Of a stretch of 64,000 nucleotides of DNA, positions 8,382 through 16,856 are shown one piece after another. A program made the position numbers and the translations under genes. Numbering within the stretch: position 1 is the first letter of the stretch; the number at the start of each line of letters is the position of its first letter. Under the pieces are notes generated by a model. That model saw only the letters and a list, made by a program, of their open reading frames with translations. It ran no database searches and had not been told where the DNA came from. The DNA is taken from IMG/VR virus record IMGVR_UViG_3300022921_000002, positions 62,001 through 126,000 of that record, one strand, 5' to 3'.

Positions 8382-9771
8382 ATATCTTTTTAATTTGGTT
8401 ATCAATTGCAGTTTGCGGATCATTAATATATTGGTTTATATTAAATAGATCTTTAAGCTCATTCAGGATTTCAATCCTTACTGAATCATTATCGTTAAAG
8501 TATTTAATTCTTTCATCAATATCCCACGCATTAGCGACTAACAATTTTTCTTGAATATGTTTAGGTATTTGTAAACAATCAGGATCATATTGTGGATCAA
8601 GAAATGGTACAATATCGGAATAGGCATATAGTACAGGTCTAAAGTTTAGTGAGTCATTAATTGACACGCATCTAAAAATCATTCCATACTTATATCTTTT
8701 TGTTTTATCATTGACCTCGGACGGAAGCAATGCTTCTTTATAATTTTTATGTTCTATAACATTATTATATAGTTCTGTAAATGCAGCAGTTTCTTTAAGA
8801 GTTGTTTCCGCTCGTTCTGATCTACCGTCCTTTGATTTATTAACACCATTCTTTCTTAATGGAATATAATAAGAACAATCATCGGATTTGACATCCTTTA
8901 GAAACTTATCCCAAATAAATCTCCTACTGCCTTTGTCCTGAAATAACGTACCGGCAAAAAACATATTATGAGTTTTCTTAACTTCATCATCAAAGAAACT
9001 ATCGAGTGTTTTTGGTTTAAATTTTTCATCATAGATAATATGCTGTAATTGTGATATATCAAGTTGTTGAAAGTTTCTTGTACCACGTGTATCATCGGCA
9101 AAATAAAACAGTTTCGTTTTAATTCCCATTTTATCAAAGTACGGTGTATAGATTGCAGGATCAATTGAAAAGGCAATCAATTCTTTATTCAATTTATTTA
9201 CTTTATTGATATATCCAATACACTCCATAAACCAAAAGTAATCTTTTGTACTAAACGCATATGGTGATACACGCTTATCCCAATTAGAAGTCATATCGGT
9301 ATTCATTTCATCAATTTTTTGCATTATATCAGAATCAGTACCAATATAATCAAAGAATTCGTTTTGCATATTATGTAGGAATTCAGAATAATCTTTACCA
9401 CAAAACTTTTGTAATGGCAGCCTAAAGAAATCATCAGTACCTAAAATGATGTGGTCAACAACAGGTAAATCAACAAAACTATCATCCAACCAAGAACGCA
9501 TTGTAATTGCATTCTTTTCCTTATAGTCAGGTCCGTTACCTTCTTTTCTTAAAAGACTATCGGTAGCACCACGTTGGAGTTCATAGTAATTATCAGTGAG
9601 GCCGCAACCTGCACCGATTGTAATAATATTATATTTGTCTTTAATGTTTTCTTTTACAATACGAGCTGGGCCGTAGATGTGCGTATAGGAATTATGATTT
9701 CCTTTATCCATAAAAATAACGGTTGGTTTACTCTCATCAATAATAAGATTACCCATCAATTTAAAAATCAT
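8374..9771 (-). CDS. GT-B glycosyltransferase resembling T4 beta-glucosyltransferase (putative DNA sugar transferase)
   Basis: C-terminal half (KKTHNMFFAG...NFRPVLYAYSDIVPFLD...LLVANAWDIDERIKYFNDNDSVRIEIL) parallels the T4 BGT C-domain as I recall it; also similar to 18713..19975. Confidence 0.5.
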   Translation of the reverse strand: MIFKLMGNLIIDESKPTVIFMDKGNHNSYTHIYGPARIVKENIKDKYNIITIGAGCGLTDNYYELQRGATDSLLRKEGNGPDYKEKNAITMRSWLDDSFVDLPVVDHIILGTDDFFRLPLQKFCGKDYSEFLHNMQNEFFDYIGTDSDIMQKIDEMNTDMTSNWDKRVSPYAFSTKDYFWFMECIGYINKVNKLNKELIAFSIDPAIYTPYFDKMGIKTKLFYFADDTRGTRNFQQLDISQLQHIIYDEKFKPKTLDSFFDDEVKKTHNMFFAGTLFQDKGSRRFIWDKFLKDVKSDDCSYYIPLRKNGVNKSKDGRSERAETTLKETAAFTELYNNVIEHKNYKEALLPSEVNDKTKRYKYGMIFRCVSINDSLNFRPVLYAYSDIVPFLDPQYDPDCLQIPKHIQEKLLVANAWDIDERIKYFNDNDSVRIEILNELKDLFNINQYINDPQTAIDNQIKKIFS

Positions 9772-9788
9772 TTATCACCTCACATAGT

Positions 9789-9814
9789 AAAAGAAAGGGA
9801 CCGAAGCCCCTTTC
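9789..9814 (-). terminator. Intrinsic terminator with C(UUCG)G tetraloop
   Basis: Minus strand GAAAGGGGC-UUCG-GUCCCUUUC followed by UUUU. Confidence 0.85.
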
Positions 9815-9823
9815 AGTCATTTT

Positions 9824-10042
9824 TTAATCTTTATTTGAGACAAACGAGTACATTTCTGTAGCTTTTTTCGTAAGTTCCTCGACTGAATATAACTCAGTCA
9901 TTTTTTGATATTCTTCAAATTGAATTTGTCCTAATTCAAACATCTTAGCTGCGTAATGATGGTTAGTTTCATGGATTTGATCCATATACTCTTTAGCCAT
10001 TTGCAACATATCGGCACGAATTTCAAAAGGATTTTTACTCAT
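9824..10042 (-). CDS. Hypothetical protein
   Basis: 72 aa, MSKNPFEIRADMLQMAKEY; coupled to the upstream ORF and followed by a terminator. Confidence 0.65.
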   Translation of the reverse strand: MSKNPFEIRADMLQMAKEYMDQIHETNHHYAAKMFELGQIQFEEYQKMTELYSVEELTKKATEMYSFVSNKD

Positions 10043-10251
10043 TATTTCATTACCTTAGCTGCGGTTTCACCAGACGCATTCATAAAATCAGCCATTGATT
10101 TCATAGCAACCTTTGAAAAAGCTGTTTGAGCTTCAATAAAAGCATGCAGTGGCGCAGACAATTTTTCGTCTTTTACCAATGTATCAACCATTGTTTTCTT
10201 TGTAGACTGAACATGGTCAATCCAGTAGTTAGTTGTAAAGTCGTTAAACAT
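10042..10251 (-). CDS. Small helical protein, possibly phasin-like
   Basis: Start reassigned to ATG 10251 (SD AGGAG); amphipathic 69 aa IDHVQSTKKTMVD...FIEAQTAFSKVAMKS. Confidence 0.4.
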   Translation of the reverse strand: MFNDFTTNYWIDHVQSTKKTMVDTLVKDEKLSAPLHAFIEAQTAFSKVAMKSMADFMNASGETAAKVMK

Positions 10252-10289
10252 TTTTGTTCTCCTGTGTGTGTTAAAAGGGCGACAAAGGT

Positions 10290-10508
10290 TCATCCTCCAC
10301 CTGCCCACTTTTTACTTGAACGATACCAATTTTTTTGGTTATGAATGCGTCCAAGTAATTCTTGTATCTCATGCATTTCAGCACGAGATTGTTCTGATGC
10401 ATTACCTTGAGCAATAGCTAATCCTCTACGACCAGCCTTTGCTCTTAGTGCTTGTTCTATTACTTCAATGTCTCTGACCGACAAATCAAATTTTTTGTTG
10501 GGTTTCAT
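10290..10508 (-). CDS. Hypothetical protein
   Basis: 72-aa ORF in a co-directional chain. Confidence 0.55.
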   Translation of the reverse strand: MKPNKKFDLSVRDIEVIEQALRAKAGRRGLAIAQGNASEQSRAEMHEIQELLGRIHNQKNWYRSSKKWAGGG

Positions 10509-10722
10509 TTAATATCTCTTTTGTAATTTTGTTTGCTGGCATACAAGCAACATTTAATATTGTATCGTTAAATCCTGCAACATCAATAACTTCTATTGCA
10601 AGCCTATCACTATTAGCAGGATTGTTGATATATTGTTTACATACGTTTTGCGTTTCAAAAGGTAAGCTCTTTAATGCAAAAGGTTCTGCTTCTAACATTG
10701 TAAAAACTATTAACCATTTCAT
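10486..10722 (-). CDS. Hypothetical protein
   Basis: 78 aa, hydrophobic N-terminus, two Cys; SD gagg. Confidence 0.55.
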   Translation of the reverse strand: MKWLIVFTMLEAEPFALKSLPFETQNVCKQYINNPANSDRLAIEVIDVAGFNDTILNVACMPANKITKEILNETQQKI

Positions 10723-10751
10723 GTCCTGTTACCTCTTAGCATTATCGGTAC

Positions 10752-10955
10752 TTATCTACTGGGCGTCACATACCCATAATAAGAGCGATAAATTTCAGCA
10801 AGTTCTTGTTGGTCAGTTGACTCTTGAATAATATAGTCTTCTTTATCAACTCGAGATCCGTCTGCGATTGCAATAGCATCCTCTAAACGTGATGCTAATG
10901 CAATAACTTCACCATCTTTTGATCTTATAATATGCATCAGTTCAGCCCAAAGCAA
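10752..10955 (-). CDS. Hypothetical protein
   Basis: ORF in a co-directional chain; true start may be MHIIRSK. Confidence 0.5.
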   Translation of the reverse strand: MLWAELMHIIRSKDGEVIALASRLEDAIAIADGSRVDKEDYIIQESTDQQELAEIYRSYYGYVTPSR

Positions 10956-11134
10956 GGTAAGATATTAACATTACAATAACGACCATATTCTTCAAGGCCA
11001 ACCATTGCCATTAGCATTAGTACCGGTAATACCGCAATCATAAAAATAATAATTGCAAACGCCCAGCCTAATCCTTTAGTTGTGCAATATTGTGTTTGTT
11101 CACTCATGCTCGCCACCATTCGCACGGCCATCAT
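10937..11134 (-). CDS. Small membrane protein
   Basis: One long TM segment GLGWAFAIIIFMIAVLPVLMLMAMV. Confidence 0.5.
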   Translation of the reverse strand: MMAVRMVASMSEQTQYCTTKGLGWAFAIIIFMIAVLPVLMLMAMVGLEEYGRYCNVNILPCFGLN

Positions 11135-11459
11135 ATTTACGGCCTGATTTTAAAATGTTGTTAAATGACTTAGGATTGTTTTCAGCTTGACGGAATGTCA
11201 CGGCTGTGATTGTAATACCACTAATAAGTAATAGGTGAAACGTGGCACTAAGACCGAAAGCAATATAGCTTCCTACCATTAGGGCAAAAATACCAGACCA
11301 AATAAAGAATAGACTCTGGAAGATCATATGTGCTACCATGGGGTCTAAGTTGCGTAGTGGTGATTTTTCGACTGTCATTACGCTGTCCCACATGTCTTTG
11401 GGAATAGCAGCTAGTGTTGAGATAGTAGTTGCCCAACCAATGGGTTTTACTTTTTTCAT
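11100..11459 (-). CDS. Membrane protein (2 TM)
   Basis: 119 aa, hydrophobic core AHMIFQSLFFIWSGIFALMVG; SD GGAG. Confidence 0.65.
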   Translation of the reverse strand: MKKVKPIGWATTISTLAAIPKDMWDSVMTVEKSPLRNLDPMVAHMIFQSLFFIWSGIFALMVGSYIAFGLSATFHLLLISGITITAVTFRQAENNPKSFNNILKSGRKYDGRANGGEHE

Positions 11460-11478
11460 ATTATTCTCCGTGTGTGTT

Positions 11479-11505
11479 AAAAGTCAAACCCAGTTAGGGT
11501 TTGAC
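11479..11505 (-). terminator. Intrinsic terminator
   Basis: Perfect 9-bp stem GTCAAACCC/GGGTTTGAC followed by TTTT on the minus strand. Confidence 0.8.
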
Positions 11506-11518
11506 CGTTATTAGAATC

Positions 11519-11546
11519 AATATAACATAGTTTATTATTTTGTCAA
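11519..11546 (-). promoter_or_regulatory. Sigma70-type promoter TTGACA-16-TATATT with extended -10 and adjacent GANTC
   Basis: Minus strand TTGACA aaataataaactatgt TATATT gattc; overlaps the region between hsp20 and its terminator. Confidence 0.55.
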
Positions 11547-11552
11547 TAGTAA

Positions 11553-12005
11553 TTATCCGTTGAGTTGTTCAACTGCAGATGCAGCATTATTAATAGCAAT
11601 TTTACGAGGCTTCTTTTCTTCGGGAATTACATTTTCTAACGAAATAGTTAGAATGCCGCTATCAAGTGTTGCACCGTTTACTACAATCGTATCCGATAAT
11701 GTAAAGGTCCTGCGGAAGTTACGTGCGGAAATACCACGGTGCAGGTAATCAGGTTCATCTTCTTTGGGAGATTGATTTCCATCAATAGTGAGTGTTCCAT
11801 CTCTCAATTCAATGTCCAAATCATCATAAGTAAAGCCTGCAATTGCTAACTGCAATTCATAGGTTTCATCTGACGTTTTGATAATATTATAAGGGGGATA
11901 GTTTGCTTGACTCGGTGTTTCTTGTCTCATCCTTTCAATCATTCGGTCAAAGCCGATGAAGAATGGATCATTTAACATAGACGTATCTAATCTGCGTGTA
12001 TTCAT
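11553..12005 (-). CDS. hsp20: Small heat-shock protein Hsp20/IbpA
   Basis: NYPPYNII, ELQLAIAGF, YLHRGISARNFRRTFTL, LDSGILTISLENVIPEEKKPRKI. Confidence 0.96.
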   Translation of the reverse strand: MNTRRLDTSMLNDPFFIGFDRMIERMRQETPSQANYPPYNIIKTSDETYELQLAIAGFTYDDLDIELRDGTLTIDGNQSPKEDEPDYLHRGISARNFRRTFTLSDTIVVNGATLDSGILTISLENVIPEEKKPRKIAINNAASAVEQLNG

Positions 12006-12011
12006 TTTGTT

Positions 12012-12062
12012 TCTCCTTAAATAAGCAAGATTAATATAAGGAACCCTTTACGGCATTCCTAT
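12012..12062 (-). promoter_or_regulatory. ROSE-like RNA thermometer in the hsp20 5' UTR
   Basis: UCUU(G)CUU-AUUU-AAGGAGA pairs the SD with a bulged G (UUGCU motif); second hairpin AGGAA/UUCCU upstream. Confidence 0.65.
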
Positions 12063-12069
12063 ACAGTAT

Positions 12070-12096
12070 ATATAATACATTTTTCTAAAATGTCAA
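12070..12096 (-). promoter_or_regulatory. Putative sigma70 promoter for hsp20
   Basis: TTGACA at 12096-12091 with a TATATA-like -10. Confidence 0.45.
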
Positions 12097-12105
12097 TGGT
12101 TTTAA

Positions 12106-12426
12106 TTAATTATTTTCAGTATAAGGCTGAAAATTACTTCCATTGGCAACCATGCAGGCAATACCATTAGGATATAATGAAACTAAAGTCCATGAACCTG
12201 TATCCTGATTAACCGTGAAAACAAATTCAGTTTTGATGGTTTGTCCTGAGGCATGAATATTCAATATTTGTCCATTAAACAATACCGGTTCATTATGCCT
12301 TTGAGAAATTGCGGCAATCTCTTGCATCGTGGCACAAGATTGCATTGCATAAAATGGTGGGTAATTTGATTCTTGGGCAACAGCGGGTGCCGCAAGTAGT
12401 GCTGTAAGTAGTGTTAGATATTTCAT
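12106..12426 (-). CDS. Exported hypothetical protein
   Basis: Signal peptide MKYLTLLTALLAAPAVA; Cys pair. Confidence 0.6.
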   Translation of the reverse strand: MKYLTLLTALLAAPAVAQESNYPPFYAMQSCATMQEIAAISQRHNEPVLFNGQILNIHASGQTIKTEFVFTVNQDTGSWTLVSLYPNGIACMVANGSNFQPYTENN

Positions 12427-12435
12427 ATCATCTTC

Positions 12436-12978
12436 CTATTCTCCAGTACTACCAAACCCTCCGTCTCTTTCGGTTTTTTGTTCTGGACGTTCTGTGGTTT
12501 CATTTAATTCAATGTTTGTTGTTGGTTCAATTAAACATTGAGCTAATCGCTCACCGTGCTCAATAGTAATAAGACTATCACTAAAATTCGTGAGCATTAT
12601 AAACGACTCCTCGACATAATCAGAATCAATTATGCCAACACCATTTGCCATGGCTAAACCTTTTTTAAGTGCAGTACCTGACCTAATATACATCTTCATA
12701 ACGTGACCTTTTGGTACGTCAAAGATTAAACCTGTAGGGACGAGTACTCTCATCTCTGGTGGTAGTTGAAAGGCATCAGGTTTTTGTCCAACACCTTTCA
12801 CTACAATATCCAACTTCTTGTTCCATGTATTGTAACCAACAAGTCTTTGTTTTTGTTCAATACAGGCTGCTATATCAAAACATGCCGATCCTTCTGTTGC
12901 GTATTCAGGCATCGTAGCACGCTCATTCATTTTATAAACATTCATATTATTTCTTTCCAATATTATATTTTGCTTCAA
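12436..12978 (-). CDS. dut: Trimeric dUTPase
   Basis: Motifs ACFD, RSG, GIIDSDY, RLAQ, RDGGFGSTG; true start may be ATG 12945. Confidence 0.95.
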   Translation of the reverse strand: MKQNIILERNNMNVYKMNERATMPEYATEGSACFDIAACIEQKQRLVGYNTWNKKLDIVVKGVGQKPDAFQLPPEMRVLVPTGLIFDVPKGHVMKMYIRSGTALKKGLAMANGVGIIDSDYVEESFIMLTNFSDSLITIEHGERLAQCLIEPTTNIELNETTERPEQKTERDGGFGSTGE

Positions 12979-13354
12979 GTATCCAATTATCTTTTTCTTT
13001 ATGTGAAAGAATTTTGATTTGGTTTAAAGGTGCAATTGGGTCTTGCGCCTTTTCAGTGTTCACAATATTAACCAAACCCCATTCTTCCAATAAGTTAACT
13101 ATTGTATTACGTCTTGCATTATCTTCTTCGATAAACGTGTCCTTTTTACCATCTAGGATAAACAATTCTTTAAAATGTAGAATTGCATAGCGACCTTGTT
13201 TATGTAGGATGTGGCAAGATTGGTATAATTTCTTTTCTTTACGAGATGAAATACCAATACGTGTGAGTGTTTCTTTGATTTTTAGAAAGCTGTCCTGCGT
13301 TGGTAGGGAAATTTCAATGCCTACTCCTCTAAAAATGTTTTCTTCAATTTGCAT
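12947..13354 (-). CDS. regA: Translational repressor RegA
   Basis: FLKIKETLTRIGI, LYQSCHILHKQGRYAILHFKELFILDG. Confidence 0.96.
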   Translation of the reverse strand: MQIEENIFRGVGIEISLPTQDSFLKIKETLTRIGISSRKEKKLYQSCHILHKQGRYAILHFKELFILDGKKDTFIEEDNARRNTIVNLLEEWGLVNIVNTEKAQDPIAPLNQIKILSHKEKDNWILEAKYNIGKK

Positions 13355-13425
13355 AACGATAGCACCTTTATTATTGTTATTATTTAGGCGATGCTCTCAT
13401 GACCATCCGAATATTTATCATTTTC

Positions 13426-13821
13426 TTACCCTCCTGTGCTCAATTTGGAATGTACCTCTTTGAGATCAGCGGTTGATAATGCTTTGAGATAGAGTTTAGC
13501 AATTGTTCTATTGCATTGGTATACTTCTTGAATGGCATCAAGGTCTTTGCTTTTATCAGCTTTTGGCCATTTGCTAAACCGTTTACGTTTACGCAATACA
13601 CCTCGGTAATATTGAAATTGCGCATCTTTGAATAAGTGTGCTCTTTGATTCATTTCGTTTGCGTGAAGAATGGAATCCTCAAAGTTAGTGAACCCACGGT
13701 TAACAATATATGGAACATATAGATTTTCCGCCATCTCAGGGTTTTCATGGTTTGCAATCAAATCATCTTTTGAAAATGAGGCTGCGTTCATAAAATCAAA
13801 AGGTGTTATTTCTTTGACCAT
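13426..13821 (-). CDS. gp62: Clamp loader small subunit gp62
   Basis: PFDFMNA, YVPYIVNRGF, ANEMN, RKRKRFSKW. Confidence 0.9.
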   Translation of the reverse strand: MVKEITPFDFMNAASFSKDDLIANHENPEMAENLYVPYIVNRGFTNFEDSILHANEMNQRAHLFKDAQFQYYRGVLRKRKRFSKWPKADKSKDLDAIQEVYQCNRTIAKLYLKALSTADLKEVHSKLSTGG

Positions 13822-14005
13822 TTAGGTTCTCCTCAAGGTCTTTAAGCATATCATCAAAGTCATCGGCACAATTTTGACATAGCTTTAGGTGTAACGGTCC
13901 ATCCGCGGTATCAATGTCAACACTGTAAATGTCTTTCTTATTAACAGTGCTTTCACAATTAAAACAAGTGTGCATACCTATAAGTTTTTTAATCCATTCA
14001 CTCAT
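13796..14005 (-). CDS. Small zinc-finger protein
   Basis: CFNC...CQNC pair in 69 aa. Confidence 0.6.
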   Translation of the reverse strand: MSEWIKKLIGMHTCFNCESTVNKKDIYSVDIDTADGPLHLKLCQNCADDFDDMLKDLEENLNGQRNNTF

Positions 14006-14955
14006 TTGAAACTCGTTTCTATCATAATTTCGGTTAAGAATGCAACCATGTTAACTTCAAGGTCAGCAACAAAGTTGGCCTTATACATATAGTCAGCAAG
14101 TGTTACAACAAAACCTGGCATTGATCTCATTTCAATTTTATCGTTTGACATATCATAGATACGACGGAACATCTCATTCATATCCTGGTCACTGTTTTTA
14201 GCAACCCATTTACGCATATTGGTAAAATCTTTTGCTTTGAGTAATTCAAACAGTGCATCCATTGATTCTTGTTTAAGATTAATAAAAATACCTTCATCAA
14301 TTTTACCCGAAGCTGCATATGATTGCAATTCAGTTAAAACACGACGGAAGTCAGGAAAATGTTTTTGGATTACTTTTGCAACTACCGCTTTATCGTGAGC
14401 GACGTTTTCAGTTTCAAGAATTGCCTCTACTCGTTTCATAAATTGCATCGCAAGTTTAGGACGGTCACTGGTTTCAATACTGAAATCAACTTCTGATAAA
14501 CGAGAACGGAGTGGTGCAATGATACGGTTTTTGAAGTTACACGTAAAGATGAAACCACAATTGGATGAGAATTCCTCAATAAAATTACGGAGTGCGGGTT
14601 GCACGTTAGCAGCATTTAGGTAATCTGCTTCATCAAAGATAACATATTTACGGCCGCCTTGAAGTGATACCGCTGACGCATATGTTGAAATATCATAGCG
14701 GAGGGTATCAATGTTTACGTTCAATGATCCGTTCTTAACAATATAGTCACAACCCATTTCTTCGAGCATTGCTTTTGCAATTGTTGTTTTACCAACACCT
14801 GGTCCACCACTCAATAACAGATTAGGAATACTATCATCAGATACGAATTTTTTAAACATATCTTTAGTTTTTTGCGGAAGGATTGTGTCTTCGATAACCT
14901 GAGGTCTATATCGTTCAACCCACAATACTTCATTTGCTTTTGCATCTACAGCCAT
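14002..14955 (-). CDS. gp44: Clamp loader large subunit gp44
   Basis: LWVERYRP, Walker A GPGVGKT, DEAD, SRL, FPDFRR. Confidence 0.96.
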   Translation of the reverse strand: MAVDAKANEVLWVERYRPQVIEDTILPQKTKDMFKKFVSDDSIPNLLLSGGPGVGKTTIAKAMLEEMGCDYIVKNGSLNVNIDTLRYDISTYASAVSLQGGRKYVIFDEADYLNAANVQPALRNFIEEFSSNCGFIFTCNFKNRIIAPLRSRLSEVDFSIETSDRPKLAMQFMKRVEAILETENVAHDKAVVAKVIQKHFPDFRRVLTELQSYAASGKIDEGIFINLKQESMDALFELLKAKDFTNMRKWVAKNSDQDMNEMFRRIYDMSNDKIEMRSMPGFVVTLADYMYKANFVADLEVNMVAFLTEIMIETSFK

Positions 14956-14978
14956 TTAATCACCATTTCATAATATAA

Positions 14979-15005
14979 AAAATAAGGTGGGGGCATTTCA
15001 CCCCC
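14979..15005 (-). terminator. Putative intrinsic terminator
   Basis: GGGGG/CCCCC stem with a downstream T-rich tail on the minus strand. Confidence 0.55.
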
Positions 15006-15012
15006 GAAGTTT

Positions 15013-15273
15013 TTACTGAACTTTGTCAGCGAGCGGTGCATCTGCTGGAACATTAGCAGGCGCATCCATAGGCATTTGGCCTTGAGGTGCTTCACCTTGT
15101 GGAGCGTTCTGTTGCAAAAACATTTCCAACTTGTTGCGGAGCATGCCTACTCCTGCTAATTCACGGCCTTCAATGCCGCCGCGGCGTGATACAACATCAA
15201 TCATTTGAACAACTGTTGCGATATCTTGTAGCGAGAGTTGTACCTTCTCTTGCTCTTGATTTTCGTTTTCCAT
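15013..15273 (-). CDS. Hypothetical protein
   Basis: 86 aa between gp45 and gp44; LSLQDIATVVQMIDVVSRRG. Confidence 0.65.
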   Translation of the reverse strand: MENENQEQEKVQLSLQDIATVVQMIDVVSRRGGIEGRELAGVGMLRNKLEMFLQQNAPQGEAPQGQMPMDAPANVPADAPLADKVQ

Positions 15274-15939
15274 TTAGGATCCTTTCTTATAAGTCGACTT
15301 TGTGTCAATTGCTACGTAATATGTAGCTTCATTACCTTTGAACTCAGAGATACCTTTACTTGAAAGCGTAACTTTGTAGTCCTGAGGTAGGAGTTTCAAA
15401 TTATCAGTCTTGATGATAATTTTGAATGTGTCGGGTGTTACACCGATTTCTACACCATAATCATCAGCTCTTTCGCTAGATGAGTCAATGGCTTTAAGAT
15501 AGCATTTGCCATCTTGTCCAACAAATGCAACTTCAGAGAACTGAAGCACACCTGCTGCTTTCACCACTGATTGGATATCTTCCCACGATACCGCCACTTC
15601 AACGTCAGCGTCTGTGATCTGAATTTCTTTCTCAGGTGGTGTATGAATCATAGAGATATCAGCAAACGCATAACGTGTGCGCTGTTTACCTTCTGTGATA
15701 ATAAAGTATTTATCATGGAATTCTACATCCGGATTTGAATGAAGTGACAAAATTGATAGAAATCTTGACAAATCATAGATACAAGCCTGTGATGGAATTT
15801 GATCTGGAATTGTTGCTGATGCAAGCAATGTTTTCTCAGGTGTGATTGTTTTCAATACACTACCTGGTTGCATCAAAATTGATTTATTAATAGTAGAGAA
15901 ACTCTTCAGAATAGTCAGAGTACGGTCAGAAAATTGCAT
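15274..15939 (-). CDS. gp45: Sliding clamp gp45
   Basis: MQFSDRTLTILKSFSTINKSI, IYDLSRFLS, NLKLLPQDYKV. Confidence 0.95.
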   Translation of the reverse strand: MQFSDRTLTILKSFSTINKSILMQPGSVLKTITPEKTLLASATIPDQIPSQACIYDLSRFLSILSLHSNPDVEFHDKYFIITEGKQRTRYAFADISMIHTPPEKEIQITDADVEVAVSWEDIQSVVKAAGVLQFSEVAFVGQDGKCYLKAIDSSSERADDYGVEIGVTPDTFKIIIKTDNLKLLPQDYKVTLSSKGISEFKGNEATYYVAIDTKSTYKKGS

Positions 15940-15962
15940 TATATAAGACTCCTGTCATTGTG

Positions 15963-16856
15963 TTATCTGTTTATTTTATTACGCTTTTGCCTTTTTGTCA
16001 ATGGCTTTTTTGCTTTTTGAGATGTTTTATCAGCAGTTAGTGGTGCACCGAGTGAACCGATGTGTGCCATTGAACCTTTGAATACATATGCTCCAATATG
16101 TTGCAACTGCATCCATGGGCAAGTCCAAATTCTTAATCCAATATCACGTGCTTTACGGCAGAAGAAGTAATCTTCCGATAGATACCGTTTTGATACTGGG
16201 TCAATCATACAATCAAAGAATGCGTGGATCATTGTTTTACCATCAAAGTTTTCAGTACGAACATGGTCAGGTTTATAACTCATCTCAGGATATGCTTCTT
16301 TCCATTTAATAAGTGTTTCACGTGGGATGAGCATAAATCCTGTACCTGCTTCTGCAACCTCCATTGGTTCACCGACATTAAATGTTGCCTGTCCTTGAAC
16401 CGGGTTCATAACATAATCAGCAGTATAGTTTTCTAATTCAAACGGATCTTTATCAGCACGACCTTCTTTGGCAGCACGTGCTACCTTTTCCCAAGCAATT
16501 GTTTTCTTTGGGTAAGGACCTGTTACGATATTATAATTCTCAGGATCTGAAATGTTAACCGCAAGCATTGCAAGAATATCTTTTGCATTGAAACCAATAT
16601 CAGAATCAATAAAGACCATGTGGGTGCATTCTGACCTTAGGAATTCATCAACACAATAGTTACGTGCTCGCTGTACAAGGCTTTCATTAAACAAATAATA
16701 AAACTTTACGGTGATGCCATTTGCAGCACACATCATAGCCAAATCTGTTGAAGCCTTTGTATATGAGCCAGCACATTGGGCACCATACATCGGACTTGCT
16801 ATGAAGAGGGAAAACTTTCGTAATTCCTCAACTGTTACTTCTATTTTATTACTCAT
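15963..16856 (-). CDS. GT-A fold (GT2-like) glycosyltransferase
   Basis: ESLVQRARN, DxD motif FIDSD, GTGFMLI, YLSEDYFFC, H in LQHIG. Confidence 0.75.
   Translation of the reverse strand: MSNKIEVTVEELRKFSLFIASPMYGAQCAGSYTKASTDLAMMCAANGITVKFYYLFNESLVQRARNYCVDEFLRSECTHMVFIDSDIGFNAKDILAMLAVNISDPENYNIVTGPYPKKTIAWEKVARAAKEGRADKDPFELENYTADYVMNPVQGQATFNVGEPMEVAEAGTGFMLIPRETLIKWKEAYPEMSYKPDHVRTENFDGKTMIHAFFDCMIDPVSKRYLSEDYFFCRKARDIGLRIWTCPWMQLQHIGAYVFKGSMAHIGSLGAPLTADKTSQKAKKPLTKRQKRNKINR

Noticed and set aside
12040-12100. Sigma32 heat-shock promoter for hsp20
   Set aside because: No CTTGAA/CCCCAT-type boxes are visible; only a TTGACA-type element is present.
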